Origin: Cyanidioschyzon merolae
Taxonomy: Eukaryota
Length of the DNA stretch: 64,000 nt
Direction: 5' to 3' (one strand)
NCBI GenBank assembly: GCA_000091205.1
Contig: AP006495.2
The notes under the pieces were generated by a model that saw nothing but the letters and a program-made list of their open reading frames with translations, was not told the DNA's origin and searched no databases. Shown in pieces: positions 1-10,162 of the stretch. The position numbers were made by a program, and so were the translations under genes. Numbering within the stretch: position 1 is the stretch's first letter; each line of letters begins with the position of its first letter.

Positions 1-532
1 AATGGCCGTGCACGAGCTAGGATTCTATCTTGCGACTTTATCCCAGCGATTTCAGGATCTCACGAACAAGCTGTTGAGAAATCGAGACGCCCGTGGCGGC
101 TTCAGTCGCCACCACTGCCTCCTGTAAGATGATAAACGTGTTGTTTTCTTCCATTGACAGCAAGCACGCTTTGAAAATACCGGTTTTTGACGCGGAGCGC
201 ATCTACTTTCTTTCAGAGTTCTCTAGCCATCTGAGTACTGTGGTATGACCGACCTGAAGGAGGAATGCCGTCCTTCTTGCACTGTACAGTAAAGATATAT
301 ACCCTAGAGACAATTTTCTACGGTCTATACGGTACATTGTATCATGATTTCGATCTCCTGCTGTACACCGCAGCGAGGATGGAACAAAACTGAGCTGGAA
401 GACTGAAATTGGCTGTCTGACCTGGTTTGCACTGCATGACGCGGGTCGCGGGATACATTTTTCCTGTGCAACGTTCAGTCAAAACTACTTGAAAATCCAG
501 CCGAGTTAGCTTGGCTTTGCGGACTGCAGGAG

Positions 533-1690
533 GTGGACGCACCCCCGCGAGGTCATCGCTTACCGCGGGGCGCACTGGACCCCAACCGGGGTTGGACTTC
601 GTGCTCGCGCTCAACAATGGCGCTTCAATCAACTCGGGGAAAGAAAAACATTGGCATGCCAGACGCAGTCACTAGCTCGCTTGTCCCTGATGACGACTCT
701 TTAGCGCTAAAGCAGGCTGTCTCGCTCCTCATGCGCCAGAACGGTGTGTTGGTGTTGCACTTTTGCCGCTCACGGAAAGCGAACTCGAAACACTTCCCCG
801 AGTGGTGTGCGCTCGAGTTGCAAGCGCTATGCCTGCTGGGACGTGAAGCAGAAGCTGTTCGCTTCGCTCGGGAACTTTTACATAAGAACGACACTGTCGG
901 GTCGGCGTGGAGGTGCCCTCCACTGGTTCGGTGTTGCTTCAGTGTTCTGGCCAATTTCTTAGAACCGGACGAGGCTGCGTCGATAGCCAAAACGTGCTTG
1001 GAATCCTTCTTCAACTCAGTGGAAGCATCGCGCTGGGGCGAAGCGGACACGAGGGACCTGCTCGAGCGGGTCTGGCTCCGTGGCGTGCTCTTCGGCGAAG
1101 CGCTGCGCTTTCCGGGTCGTGAACAGCGGCGGGCTTGGCTCGAAAGACACCTTGCAGTGCTCGAGCATGCCATGAGTACTTCTTCCGCTGAAGGTTCAGA
1201 TGCACTGACGCATGCCCTGCATCAGTGGGTCTCGAAGGAGGCGTTGCAATCCCTGGCGAAGCGATGCATGACCAGCGACGCAGAACTCGACGAGCAGTCG
1301 ACCCTCGAACGGAATGAGCTTACGAGTCGCACTTGCGCAGCGGAAGACGAGACAACCCTGCGCTATTCTACCGATGAACGCGGACAAGTTCTCAATGCGC
1401 ATGTACGAGCTGCAGATGAGTCGGGGGCTGCTTCATGGTTGCCTATGGGAGTTTCGGCATCATTGCAGCGATTACGCCACAGGTTTCAGCATGATCCTGC
1501 ATTTGTTGCCGATTTCGTAACCTACACATGTGCTGGTATTGCTGCTCTTGGCTGGCTCATCTACGCTCACCGGACCCGTCAGCGGAAGCGGCTGCAGACC
1601 CCGGGCACTCGAATCGCGGCTAGAGGTTCGAATCGTTTCTGGCGCAGTGCCCGGGACCTGCTTCGGAGCGCGCTCTTTCTCGGTGTCTAG
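533..1690 (+). CDS. Hypothetical protein with one C-terminal predicted transmembrane helix (tail-anchored-like). The true start may be an internal Met.
   Basis: 385-codon ORF. A hydrophobic stretch FVTYTCAGIAALGWLIYA lies near the C-terminus, followed by a basic tail. I recognise no family motif. Confidence 0.3.
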   Translation: MDAPPRGHRLPRGALDPNRGWTSCSRSTMALQSTRGKKNIGMPDAVTSSLVPDDDSLALKQAVSLLMRQNGVLVLHFCRSRKANSKHFPEWCALELQALCLLGREAEAVRFARELLHKNDTVGSAWRCPPLVRCCFSVLANFLEPDEAASIAKTCLESFFNSVEASRWGEADTRDLLERVWLRGVLFGEALRFPGREQRRAWLERHLAVLEHAMSTSSAEGSDALTHALHQWVSKEALQSLAKRCMTSDAELDEQSTLERNELTSRTCAAEDETTLRYSTDERGQVLNAHVRAADESGAASWLPMGVSASLQRLRHRFQHDPAFVADFVTYTCAGIAALGWLIYAHRTRQRKRLQTPGTRIAARGSNRFWRSARDLLRSALFLGV

Positions 1691-2572
1691 ATATGCAGCT
1701 CGTTACTTACATGCGCTGACCACAAAATCGATGTGTGATGTCTCCGAGAAATATAAGATGAATCGAATATGCTGGGGAGGCATGATGCTTCGCTTGAGAA
1801 CCTCACGCTTTACGTCAGTTTTGGGGCCTTGGTGCAGCGATGGACCAACAGGTAGCGCTTGATGCTGTCTGGGCGACAAGAGACGTTTTTGTCTCCGTGT
1901 GCTCTACCAGAAAAGCATGGACATGCGCTCAAACACAGATTCGACACACACGCACATATAGACGCACAGCATTGTACAGACATCGCAAAAACGGTGCGAC
2001 GCTTCGTCGTCCATTGTCGTGACGGTGGCGGCTACGTACTTGTCTTTGATCTACCAACCGGGTTGAAATTGGTTCGAACATCAAGGCAGCGCATGTGGCA
2101 GCATCGGATACTTACCTCGTAATCGATTCCAGTTGCTCGCTTAGCGCTATATGCAGCGGGAGACAACCGGTCATAGAGCCGGCTTTCGATCATGGTGCAC
2201 CTTCATGCCCATTGCGTTCAAGATCCCCAGGTTGACGCAGGTTCTTCGAGCACACGTGAATCGATAAACAACGCAGCCTTTGGACTCCTCGCTTACAGTT
2301 TTTTTATGCATGGCATCGGTGTCCCTATCCATGACGAGCAATGTAGCGGGCACCGGTGCAGCACTACGCCTGCTGGGGCACAGCGCAGCCGGCCCTGAGG
2401 GCACAACGCGACGTGTGCCGTCTACGCAGCCCGGTGGCGTACAGAATCTGGGACAACACTGGATAAATCTGTCTTTGCTCGATGCGCGACGTGCAGGGTG
2501 CTGGTACCATTGCCCCGTAACTCATGTGCGGAAACGAGGCGCTATAGCGCGTGTCGACGGTAAAGACAGAGG

Positions 2573-4129
2573 ATGGAGCAGATCGAGCAAGGAACTTCAA
2601 ATATATCTCTCGATGATTACTTAAAGATGAGCGAAGAAGAACGGCAACAGCTTCCGAAAACTCGCTTGAAGAAACTGCAACGACAGGCGGCTCTGGCGGA
2701 GCGCAAAGCGGCGCGAGCGGCAGAGCTTGCAGCCAACGCTGCAACAGAGCAACGCGAACGACTAGAAGAGGCCCGGCAAGTGAGGATAGAGCTTGATTCG
2801 TCCCTGCCAAAGCCGCTGATCTGCAAACTTCGGGACATTTTCGCTTCTCCGGAGAAGTTCGTCGACCAGCGTGTGTGCTTGGCCGGCTGGGTGCACCACT
2901 GGCGCATGGACGGAAAACGTCTCGCATTCCTGGAGCTGCGCGATGGAACGGGTTTCATGCAGTGCGTATTATCGAACGAGTTGTGTATGACTTATGATGC
3001 GCTGACGCTCTGCCGCGAAGCCAGCGTGCGAGTCTGGGGCACCGTTCGCCACGACGCCCGCGCCAAAGGCGGTCTCGAGCTGCATGCCGACTTTTGGGAG
3101 CTCGTGGCACCCTCCACACCCGAGATAGAGATGGTGCTCACCCATGAATCCAATCCGGATATTCTACTGAACAACCGACACCTGGTGATTCGCGGCCGCC
3201 GAACGTCGACGACCTTGCGACTCCGCTCTCTCATAACGCAATGCTTTCGTGAGCACTACTTCCAGCGCGGGTATGTGGAACTCGCTCCGCCTACGATCGT
3301 GAATACCATGTGCGAAGGCGGCAGCACGCTCTTTAAGCTTGACTACTTTGGTATCAATGCCTATTTGACCCAGAGCAGCCAGATGTATCTGGAGAGCGGC
3401 ATTCCAGCTGTCGGAGACTGCTTCTGTGTATTGCCTTCGTATCGAGCTGAGCTGAGCGATACACGCCGCCATTTGGCTGAGTTTCATCATATCGAAGCTG
3501 AAATGCCGTTCATAACGTTCGCAGACTTGCTGGACGCTATCGAAGATCTCGTATGCGACGTCATCGCTCGAGTGCTCGCCAAGGCCGGTGACCTCGTCCG
3601 GGACCTCAACCCTGAGCTCGTGGTTCCGCGACGACCGTTCCGTCGCCTGACCTACGCTGATGCGATTGCGTATTGTCGGGAGCACGAAATCTACAAGGAC
3701 GAGGAACAGAAAATTCACTTCGAATACGGAGATGACATACCTGAACGGCCGGAACGACTTATGACGGATCAGATCGGTGAGCCGATCTTCCTCACGCATT
3801 TTCCGGTTTCCATGAAGGCTTTTTACATGCAGCCGTGCACCGATCAGCCGGATTTGACGGAAAGCGTAGATTTGTTGATGCCGGGAGTCGGGGAAATCGT
3901 TGGCGGCAGTATGCGCATCTGGCGATACAAGCAGCTCATGGACGCATATGCCCGTGAGCAGATCGACCCCAAGCCGTACTACTGGTATACGGATCAACGC
4001 AAGTTTGGATCCTGCCCTCACGGCGGCTACGGGCTTGGACTCGAACGATTCTGTTGTTATGTGCTCGGAGTGCGACACGTGCGAGAAGTATGTCTGTATC
4101 CGCGATATCGTGGCCGAATTTCGCCATAA
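2573..4129 (+). CDS. Asparaginyl-tRNA synthetase (class II aaRS), eukaryotic cytoplasmic type with a Lys/Glu-rich N-terminal extension.
   Basis: 518-aa ORF with class II motifs: FRAE..(motif 2-like SYRAELSDTRRHLAEFHHIEAE), GGSMRI, and motif 3 GYGLGLERF. The N-terminal OB-fold anticodon-binding region is present. Overall collinear with AsnRS. Confidence 0.9.
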   Translation: MEQIEQGTSNISLDDYLKMSEEERQQLPKTRLKKLQRQAALAERKAARAAELAANAATEQRERLEEARQVRIELDSSLPKPLICKLRDIFASPEKFVDQRVCLAGWVHHWRMDGKRLAFLELRDGTGFMQCVLSNELCMTYDALTLCREASVRVWGTVRHDARAKGGLELHADFWELVAPSTPEIEMVLTHESNPDILLNNRHLVIRGRRTSTTLRLRSLITQCFREHYFQRGYVELAPPTIVNTMCEGGSTLFKLDYFGINAYLTQSSQMYLESGIPAVGDCFCVLPSYRAELSDTRRHLAEFHHIEAEMPFITFADLLDAIEDLVCDVIARVLAKAGDLVRDLNPELVVPRRPFRRLTYADAIAYCREHEIYKDEEQKIHFEYGDDIPERPERLMTDQIGEPIFLTHFPVSMKAFYMQPCTDQPDLTESVDLLMPGVGEIVGGSMRIWRYKQLMDAYAREQIDPKPYYWYTDQRKFGSCPHGGYGLGLERFCCYVLGVRHVREVCLYPRYRGRISP

Positions 4130-4830
4130 GCCAGGCGGTGTGCTCCTCGGACGCAATGACGAGGCAGAGGCGGTGCCTAGGCGATTTTGTTCTATACGTG
4201 GCGCCCGAATAATGATTCGCTACGCAGCTTCTTGGCAGTACTGATGCGTAAAAGAGGACGCACCTGGTCTGCTGTCTTTGGGGTATCCAGTACCATGACG
4301 ACCCGAGGGTCTGCCCAGAACAGCTACGGAGCATGAGCAGCACACGCGGACGTCATTGCGCATTGTCCTCGAAGCGCATTTCGGGCAACGATGCCGCTGA
4401 ACGTTAACGATGTATGAGATGGCGGGCTTCGTTCGCGAATACGGCCGCAGCTGATCAGTGTGAGTGATGCATCGCCATCGTCACGGCAATTGGTATCATC
4501 GCGGCAGCGGTCGCTGAGATGCACGTCTGCTGTCGAAGTGCGATATGCACAGGACAATGCACGCTGCTTCGACGGAAGAGACATACCTGGCGAAAATCGC
4601 TGATGACTCGTTGGAAACCCGTGGTGGACACGCTGTCTCCGACGTCAACGAAGGTCAATGCCCGGGATGCGAACACTGCAGGATAATGTAGTAGAAGCTG
4701 CAAGGCAAGGCCACGGTGCAACTGATCCCATACCGGATAGACGCGTTTCGCTGCGCTCGAGGTATACTCGTCGCGGTATCCGTCATGACTGGGTTGGACA
4801 TCAGTTCGCATTGGACAACCCGTGAACCTT

Positions 4831-6759
4831 TTACGGATCACGACGGCGGATGAACCGCTCAAGTTGGAGCTCGAGGACTCGGGATCGACGCAGTCCGTGC
4901 ACCGCATGGTGCCGCAGCGCAATATCCAGGCTGCAGAGATGGACCGCGCCCCAGAGACCCGCCAATCCAACCAGCATTTTGGCTACCCGAGTGGTAAAGA
5001 GACGACGCACGACGAGAACGCCTAGTCCAAGAATACTGACGAGCAAAAAGAGAAAAACGAGCAAAACACCATGGTAGATGCAAGTGACATAAAGCAAGGA
5101 ATCAGTGGCGATGGCGTTTTTTCCAGTTGGCTTCCTGCTCACGCGCGCTTGCGGAAACGCAAGTAACGTCGCTTCGGCTGCCCCGATGCCGATCAGCACA
5201 ACTCGCTCTATGAAAACGAGTGTTCTGGCTCGGCGCCATGGCATGACTGGAGCAGAGGCATCCGTCGCTGTGAACGACTCGGATGCCGGTGGTGTCATGC
5301 ATCCAACGAAAACCCCAAACAGGGGAACAAGCACACCCTCCGCGAGCTGAAGCCCCATCGCGATCATATTCAAGCAGATCCTGATCATGCGATTTCCGGC
5401 AGCATACCAGGAAACAGAAGTCGCGCTGGCACGTCGAAGCGCAGTCGACTCTGGTCCATCGATGCCGAAAGGATTCTTGCACCCGATGTGCAGCAGCAGA
5501 CTGCCTACTGCTGCACAAAATGCGATCATATCCGCCTTGGTTGGATCTGATGATTCCGAGTCGGGGACGCATAACGCTTTAAGACCAGCGAATCCTGCAT
5601 TTTGGTGCGCGGCCTTCGCTCGGTCTGGTGTTCGCTGCAATTCCGCAGCGCCAACTGCACTTAGTGTACTGGCGAGCGTCCAAAGCGCCGCTGGCCACCT
5701 ATCCTCGCTCAGACTATCGTTGCAGCGACGCGTTGATCGGGGCGAGTCCCCTGTACCGGTCTGGGCGCTGCACAGTGCCCCGGGCTGCGTCTGGACATCA
5801 TCACCCTGCTCGCAAGCATGTGGTTTGCGCTCGTCATTCGAGCATGAGTCATCGTATGGTGCGAAATTCTGCAGCTCATTCGCGGGCAATGCCCTTCTAG
5901 AGAAACGTAAACTGTTGACATCGGAGCGCGTTTCCCGCAAAACCGGCGTTGAACTGCAGCGCTCGTCGTTCAGCGTTCGCGATACAAACCCCAGTAATGG
6001 TATTAGAGAAGGATCTTCTGATTTGCTTTGCTGATGCTTAGCGGGCTCTCGCTCATCCCTCGGGTAAGAGCGCTGCCTCCAAGCCGTCGACTGTGCGGCA
6101 GGGGCCTCGGGAAACGCACGTGTCGAAGTTGGACGCTGAAATGCGGTTTGAAAAGAAGTCAGCTGTGCATCTGCGCAAGCTTGTGATCGCGTCCAGTACC
6201 GCGTCCCAACGGTATGGGGACGCGTAGCCGTCACCTCGGTCAGTGGCCGCGTTTCAGCCGAGCGTTGTGGAAGCGTATCCCTGAGTGCCGTTGGTGGAAA
6301 CGCACCAGCGAAGCGCTGATGAGGCGGCGCTCCCGTCAGCGTCGCTTCGCAGGCTTCTGACACCAGAGCCGCGGCCTCTAGCGGAGGACTCACCACAGAA
6401 CGGCGGCGCCGCGGAAGCACCATGAGCCTGCAAGGCACCGATCGCCGCAGTGTACCCTGATGGCTACTCAGTAGCAAGGCTTGCTTCCCTAGTGGTGCAG
6501 CAGCAGACGCTGCGTACGACAGCGTACTTGGTTTCAGTGGACCGCGAAACGACAGGAATTTCACGTAGGGTCTTCGGAGAAGTTCTTCGGAACGATTTAG
6601 AAAGTCAAGATCCAGCTCTTTTGCACTAGAAATACCGAGTAGGTTGCTAAAAAGCACCTTAATCGGACGCTTGGCTCCTGAACAGACACGACAGCAGTCG
6701 AGCGCGGAGTTTAGAAAACCCCCGCGGCAATTGCGGCTGCCGCGCGCATCGCGCATCAC
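4831..6759 (-). CDS. Hypothetical multi-pass membrane protein. The N-terminal two-thirds is low-complexity (Ser/Pro/Arg-rich); the C-terminal third has several hydrophobic helices.
   Basis: 642-codon ORF, the longest frame in this interval. The C-terminal segment contains LLVFLFLLVSILGLGVLVV and MLVGLAGLWGAVHLCSL. No recognisable catalytic motif. The true start is uncertain. Confidence 0.3.
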   Translation of the reverse strand: MMRDARGSRNCRGGFLNSALDCCRVCSGAKRPIKVLFSNLLGISSAKELDLDFLNRSEELLRRPYVKFLSFRGPLKPSTLSYAASAAAPLGKQALLLSSHQGTLRRSVPCRLMVLPRRRRSVVSPPLEAAALVSEACEATLTGAPPHQRFAGAFPPTALRDTLPQRSAETRPLTEVTATRPHTVGTRYWTRSQACADAQLTSFQTAFQRPTSTRAFPEAPAAQSTAWRQRSYPRDEREPAKHQQSKSEDPSLIPLLGFVSRTLNDERCSSTPVLRETRSDVNSLRFSRRALPANELQNFAPYDDSCSNDERKPHACEQGDDVQTQPGALCSAQTGTGDSPRSTRRCNDSLSEDRWPAALWTLASTLSAVGAAELQRTPDRAKAAHQNAGFAGLKALCVPDSESSDPTKADMIAFCAAVGSLLLHIGCKNPFGIDGPESTALRRASATSVSWYAAGNRMIRICLNMIAMGLQLAEGVLVPLFGVFVGCMTPPASESFTATDASAPVMPWRRARTLVFIERVVLIGIGAAEATLLAFPQARVSRKPTGKNAIATDSLLYVTCIYHGVLLVFLFLLVSILGLGVLVVRRLFTTRVAKMLVGLAGLWGAVHLCSLDIALRHHAVHGLRRSRVLELQLERFIRRRDP

Positions 6760-8083
6760 CTTCGGGTGGACTTTCGCTCTCGAGAAGCGTCATCTTCAGC
6801 GCGACATGTACCGCACTCCGGATACATCGTCAATGAAACAAAACATGTCCCACGCTCGTCTAGGGCAAATGAATATCCACTCGCAGACGCCTGCCAGTCT
6901 TTTTTGGTAGGCCTACTGCTATCGACTTCAGCTTCTAGTTGAATACTTCGAGCATGAGAGGCTGCCCGACAAATTTGGATCGCGTCAGCTCCTTGGTCTC
7001 GTATTCAGTAACCCATCTTTTGGTAGTGATGGCCGCGTTGAAGTCCCAGCGCACGTATTCCATGTATTAATTGCCTCTGGTTGACCTCAGTAGTGCAAGG
7101 ATTCCGAAAACTCGCGCCCCACTGTACCACTACAGACTCGTGGCCGTTGCGTCCAAGAGATACCTTTTCTGGTCTATGTCCTCGCTTGTTCGTCACTCAC
7201 TCTTCTCCGCTCGATTGTCAGCGAGAAGAGGGCTTTTGCAATTATTTGTCGAAGTCGGCAATGACAATACTCCTGGATCCTCGACTTCCATGTCCATACC
7301 TACCCAATGGATTTTCTATTTCTCCATATGAACGCACATCGAAAGCATCTACTGAGATCCGGGATAAATCAATCAATTATGCGTACGTGGGTGCAGAACA
7401 CAATGAAAGGTGAAAGCAGGAATGATGGAGAGTTAATGGCGAACGCATTGTTTGACTACGGGGTACGCAGGGCCAGCAGGATCACCGATACGTTCGCGTC
7501 CGCTGAAGCAGAAGCAGCAGGGTTCGAGCGCGCTGCAAACTACGGGGTGTTCCTGCTGGCCTCTGATCCGACGCGTAAGCGTTTCTCGACCGTATGATGC
7601 CTACAAGAAACTGTTCTTTACATGGATGCTATCTGCCGATAGATGCTGATTTGTATAGATCCACATCACCAACTTGGGCGCTCATTCTATGCAACTCGCT
7701 TCTTTCTTGCGTCCTGTACGCGTTCTGAGGCGATAGATTGCCAATCGCCACCGTTCCGTGCCCAGCGACAAGCGAGTCGAATGATGCCTACAAGCACCAT
7801 AGCACATTCGATATACGACGTCGAAACTGGATGCTTCGCGTGCCCGCGTTCGACACGTATATAGTACAGAGGCTGGCGCGTGCCTCGTGCACGATACCCT
7901 CAACATTACAGGTGCTGAATGTAGTTCGAGCGCATGCTTACGCAGCCTGAAGTGATGCACAAGAACACGCTGTCTCCAGTCGATGCTATCGCAGACTCGA
8001 CACTTGCTTCGGCTGCAGTGCAGGTTCTGCTTGTGCGTCTGTGTGCATGTCCGGTGAGATCTTCTTTGCCGCCTTCTTAGGTT

Positions 8084-9283
8084 TCATTCCAACTTGAACA
8101 GAATCTTTCCCTTTCGATTCGGGGCAAACTGTGCCCGAAAAGCATCCTCATACTGTTCGAGTGTATATTCTTGCTCAACTTGCGGTCGCATATCACCTTT
8201 GCGAATCATTTCAAACGTTTCCTCGAAAATCGTCGGCTTCTGGTTCTTCAACCAAGTTGTAAGCGAGAAACCGCGGACAACGATGCCCTTAAAGATCAGA
8301 TCACTGTTCATGACACACGTCGGTTTGCCGCTCTGCAGCCCGTATGCCATGAAAAGGCCGCCCGGGGAGAGCGCTGCCAGCGCAGCCGAGCCCATCTCGC
8401 CGCCAACAGCGTCAACGACGGCAGCGAGCCCGCGTCCATTCGTTATCGCGTTGAGACGCTCGGCGAGGTTCGGCTCCTCGCCAAAAACGATCACCTCGTC
8501 TGCCCCGAGCTGTTTCAGTTCCGCAACAGATGCTTTCGATCGCACAAAGTTCACCGTGCACAAGCCCCGCTTTTTCGCCAGCTGGATGAACATACGACCG
8601 AGAGTCGAGTTCGCCGCTGTCTGTCCGATCCACGGGTTGCCGTGAACCGGCGCCTCCGCTTCGATCTGCTCCAACATGCCGACCACGGTCAGCGGATTCA
8701 CTATCAATTGAGCGGCCTCTTTATCACCGATATCCTGTGGTACTTTGATACAGAGGTTTTCGTCCACCACGAGGTACTGTTGCCAGCAGCCCGAGCGATC
8801 CGCAAGTGTTGGAATCACACGCGTCCCGACAGGAAGCGAGGTCGCTGGACCTTGCGCCACAACTTCTCCGACACCCTCGAGGCCGCCAACAAACCCAGGA
8901 CGACGTTCGCGCACTGCGGCTACCCCAGGGTACACGCCTTGGACGACAAACACGTCGGCAGGATGGAGGCATGCATACCGCATCTTCACGAGCACCTGAC
9001 CCGGACCAGGCTTCGGGACAGAAGCAGTGGTGTTCAACCTAAGTGCTCCCTTCAGCGGATCGCCAAAACTTACAATTTCCAGAGCTTTCTGCGTTGACGG
9101 TATATGTGTTGCCATAGAGTCTGCAAATCGGTTGCGTCTTCCAGCAACGACACCGCCAGGCCTGTGTCTGGAATCAATTTTGGGGCAGGGAGTGCGCACA
9201 TCAGGCTGGCCGCGTCCACCCGCCACACCTGGACCCGTGCCGCGGTATGCGAATGAATCTGGACTGTGGGAGGCAGCGTGCAT
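8084..9283 (-). CDS. Medium-chain dehydrogenase/reductase resembling mitochondrial trans-2-enoyl-CoA reductase (MECR/ETR1). The likely true start is the internal Met at 9115 (MATHIPSTQKALEI...).
   Basis: MDR-fold collinearity: an N-terminal GroES-like region, then a Rossmann region (AAVVDAVGGEMGSA). The 5' 170 nt of the ORF overlap family I element copy A, which argues for the downstream start. Confidence 0.7.
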   Translation of the reverse strand: MHAASHSPDSFAYRGTGPGVAGGRGQPDVRTPCPKIDSRHRPGGVVAGRRNRFADSMATHIPSTQKALEIVSFGDPLKGALRLNTTASVPKPGPGQVLVKMRYACLHPADVFVVQGVYPGVAAVRERRPGFVGGLEGVGEVVAQGPATSLPVGTRVIPTLADRSGCWQQYLVVDENLCIKVPQDIGDKEAAQLIVNPLTVVGMLEQIEAEAPVHGNPWIGQTAANSTLGRMFIQLAKKRGLCTVNFVRSKASVAELKQLGADEVIVFGEEPNLAERLNAITNGRGLAAVVDAVGGEMGSAALAALSPGGLFMAYGLQSGKPTCVMNSDLIFKGIVVRGFSLTTWLKNQKPTIFEETFEMIRKGDMRPQVEQEYTLEQYEDAFRAQFAPNRKGKILFKLE

Positions 9284-9950
9284 TCGTCAACTTTTTCAAT
9301 CAGTTGAGCGCCTTGAAGGAGGATCAAAGTCAGAGGCTCGTAGTAGCGTACGGAGCAGGGCGCTGGAAGACCCAAAAAGGGACGAGGCCAGCTCCAACGA
9401 CAAGAATGTATGAGGCGTGCACACGGCGTTTCGTTACGATACCGATAGATGAGTTCCGAATATCCTATACACACCATGAACTGGGATGCACACTTCAGAG
9501 GGTCGAGATGGAAACGTGCCAACGGAGCCCTGAGGATATAAAAAAGCACGGACCGCTGACGGAAGAGCAAATGGAAAGGAGGGCGAAAGTTCGTGCATTG
9601 CTTGCACTAGTGAGTACAACCAATGATAGTAAGAAACGTATGGAGTTCGTGAATCGTGACTTTAATCCTGCTATCAATATAAGGAAATGTGTGGTGCTGG
9701 AGACGAGACCTCCAGAGTAGACAAGAGAGAATTTTACTGGACAACCTCTCAAGGTTGAATCATATGAGAAAAAGCTGGAAGCAGTAGTGGGTGACCCGTC
9801 GAACAAGGCCGCGAGGCGTCTGCACATCAGTTGGTGACTTCTTGTCTAGGGCGCGGTTTCTCGCCACTACTGCACACCGCCGGCGACGTCGTTCGACTGC
9901 GAGAGGCGTTCGGCGGTGTACGAGGGGTGTGTGCTTTAAACGCCAAGCTT
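9170..9950 (+). mobile_element. Family I Fanzor/TnpB-like element, copy A. A 5'-truncated 3' fragment running from the RuvC-II region through the zinc finger and RuvC-III into the 3' non-coding tail. Boundaries are approximate.
   Basis: ORF 9247..9720 translates ...RLVVAYGAGRW...TTRMYEACTRRFVTIPIDEFRISYTHHELGC...KKRMEFVNRDFNPAINIRKC. The RuvC-III-like motif NRDFNPAINI sits at 9652..9681. The nucleotide sequence is collinear with copy B, 20386..21200 on the minus strand, including about 230 nt beyond the stop codon. Confidence 0.6.
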
Positions 9951-10162
9951 GTTTCGCTGCTTTTTTTTTGAAAACTCGACCATCGCTGGGACCCAGCACT
10001 GGCAAGGATCAATGCCGTGTGTCTGCGAACGCTCTGTCCTCTAAAAGTTCGTGGTTTCGTCTGGAAATCCAAACGAGCTTCCGTCACGGGCGGGGAACGT
10101 GTCACTCGCTTCGAAGAGGTGAACGCCGTGAACCAGAGGACGGAAAACGGTGCAAGCTTCCT

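Noticed and set aside
1615-1650. GGTTCGAATC (T-loop-like) sequence suggesting a tRNA
   Set aside because: No complementary acceptor or T stem could be formed around it (GCTAG...GTTTC does not pair). It lies inside a protein ORF. It is not reported as a tRNA.
3164-4156. 330-codon minus-strand ORF
   Set aside because: Antisense shadow of the asparaginyl-tRNA synthetase gene, a typical product of GC-rich codon bias.
8171-9097. 308-codon plus-strand ORF
   Set aside because: Antisense to the enoyl-reductase-like gene. No recognisable domain.
9791-10162. Upstream start for the UvrD-like helicase, giving the full 1091-codon frame
   Set aside because: This segment is homologous to the 3' tail of Fanzor-like copy B in the same frame, so it is element-derived. 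The Met at 10163 is preferred as the start.
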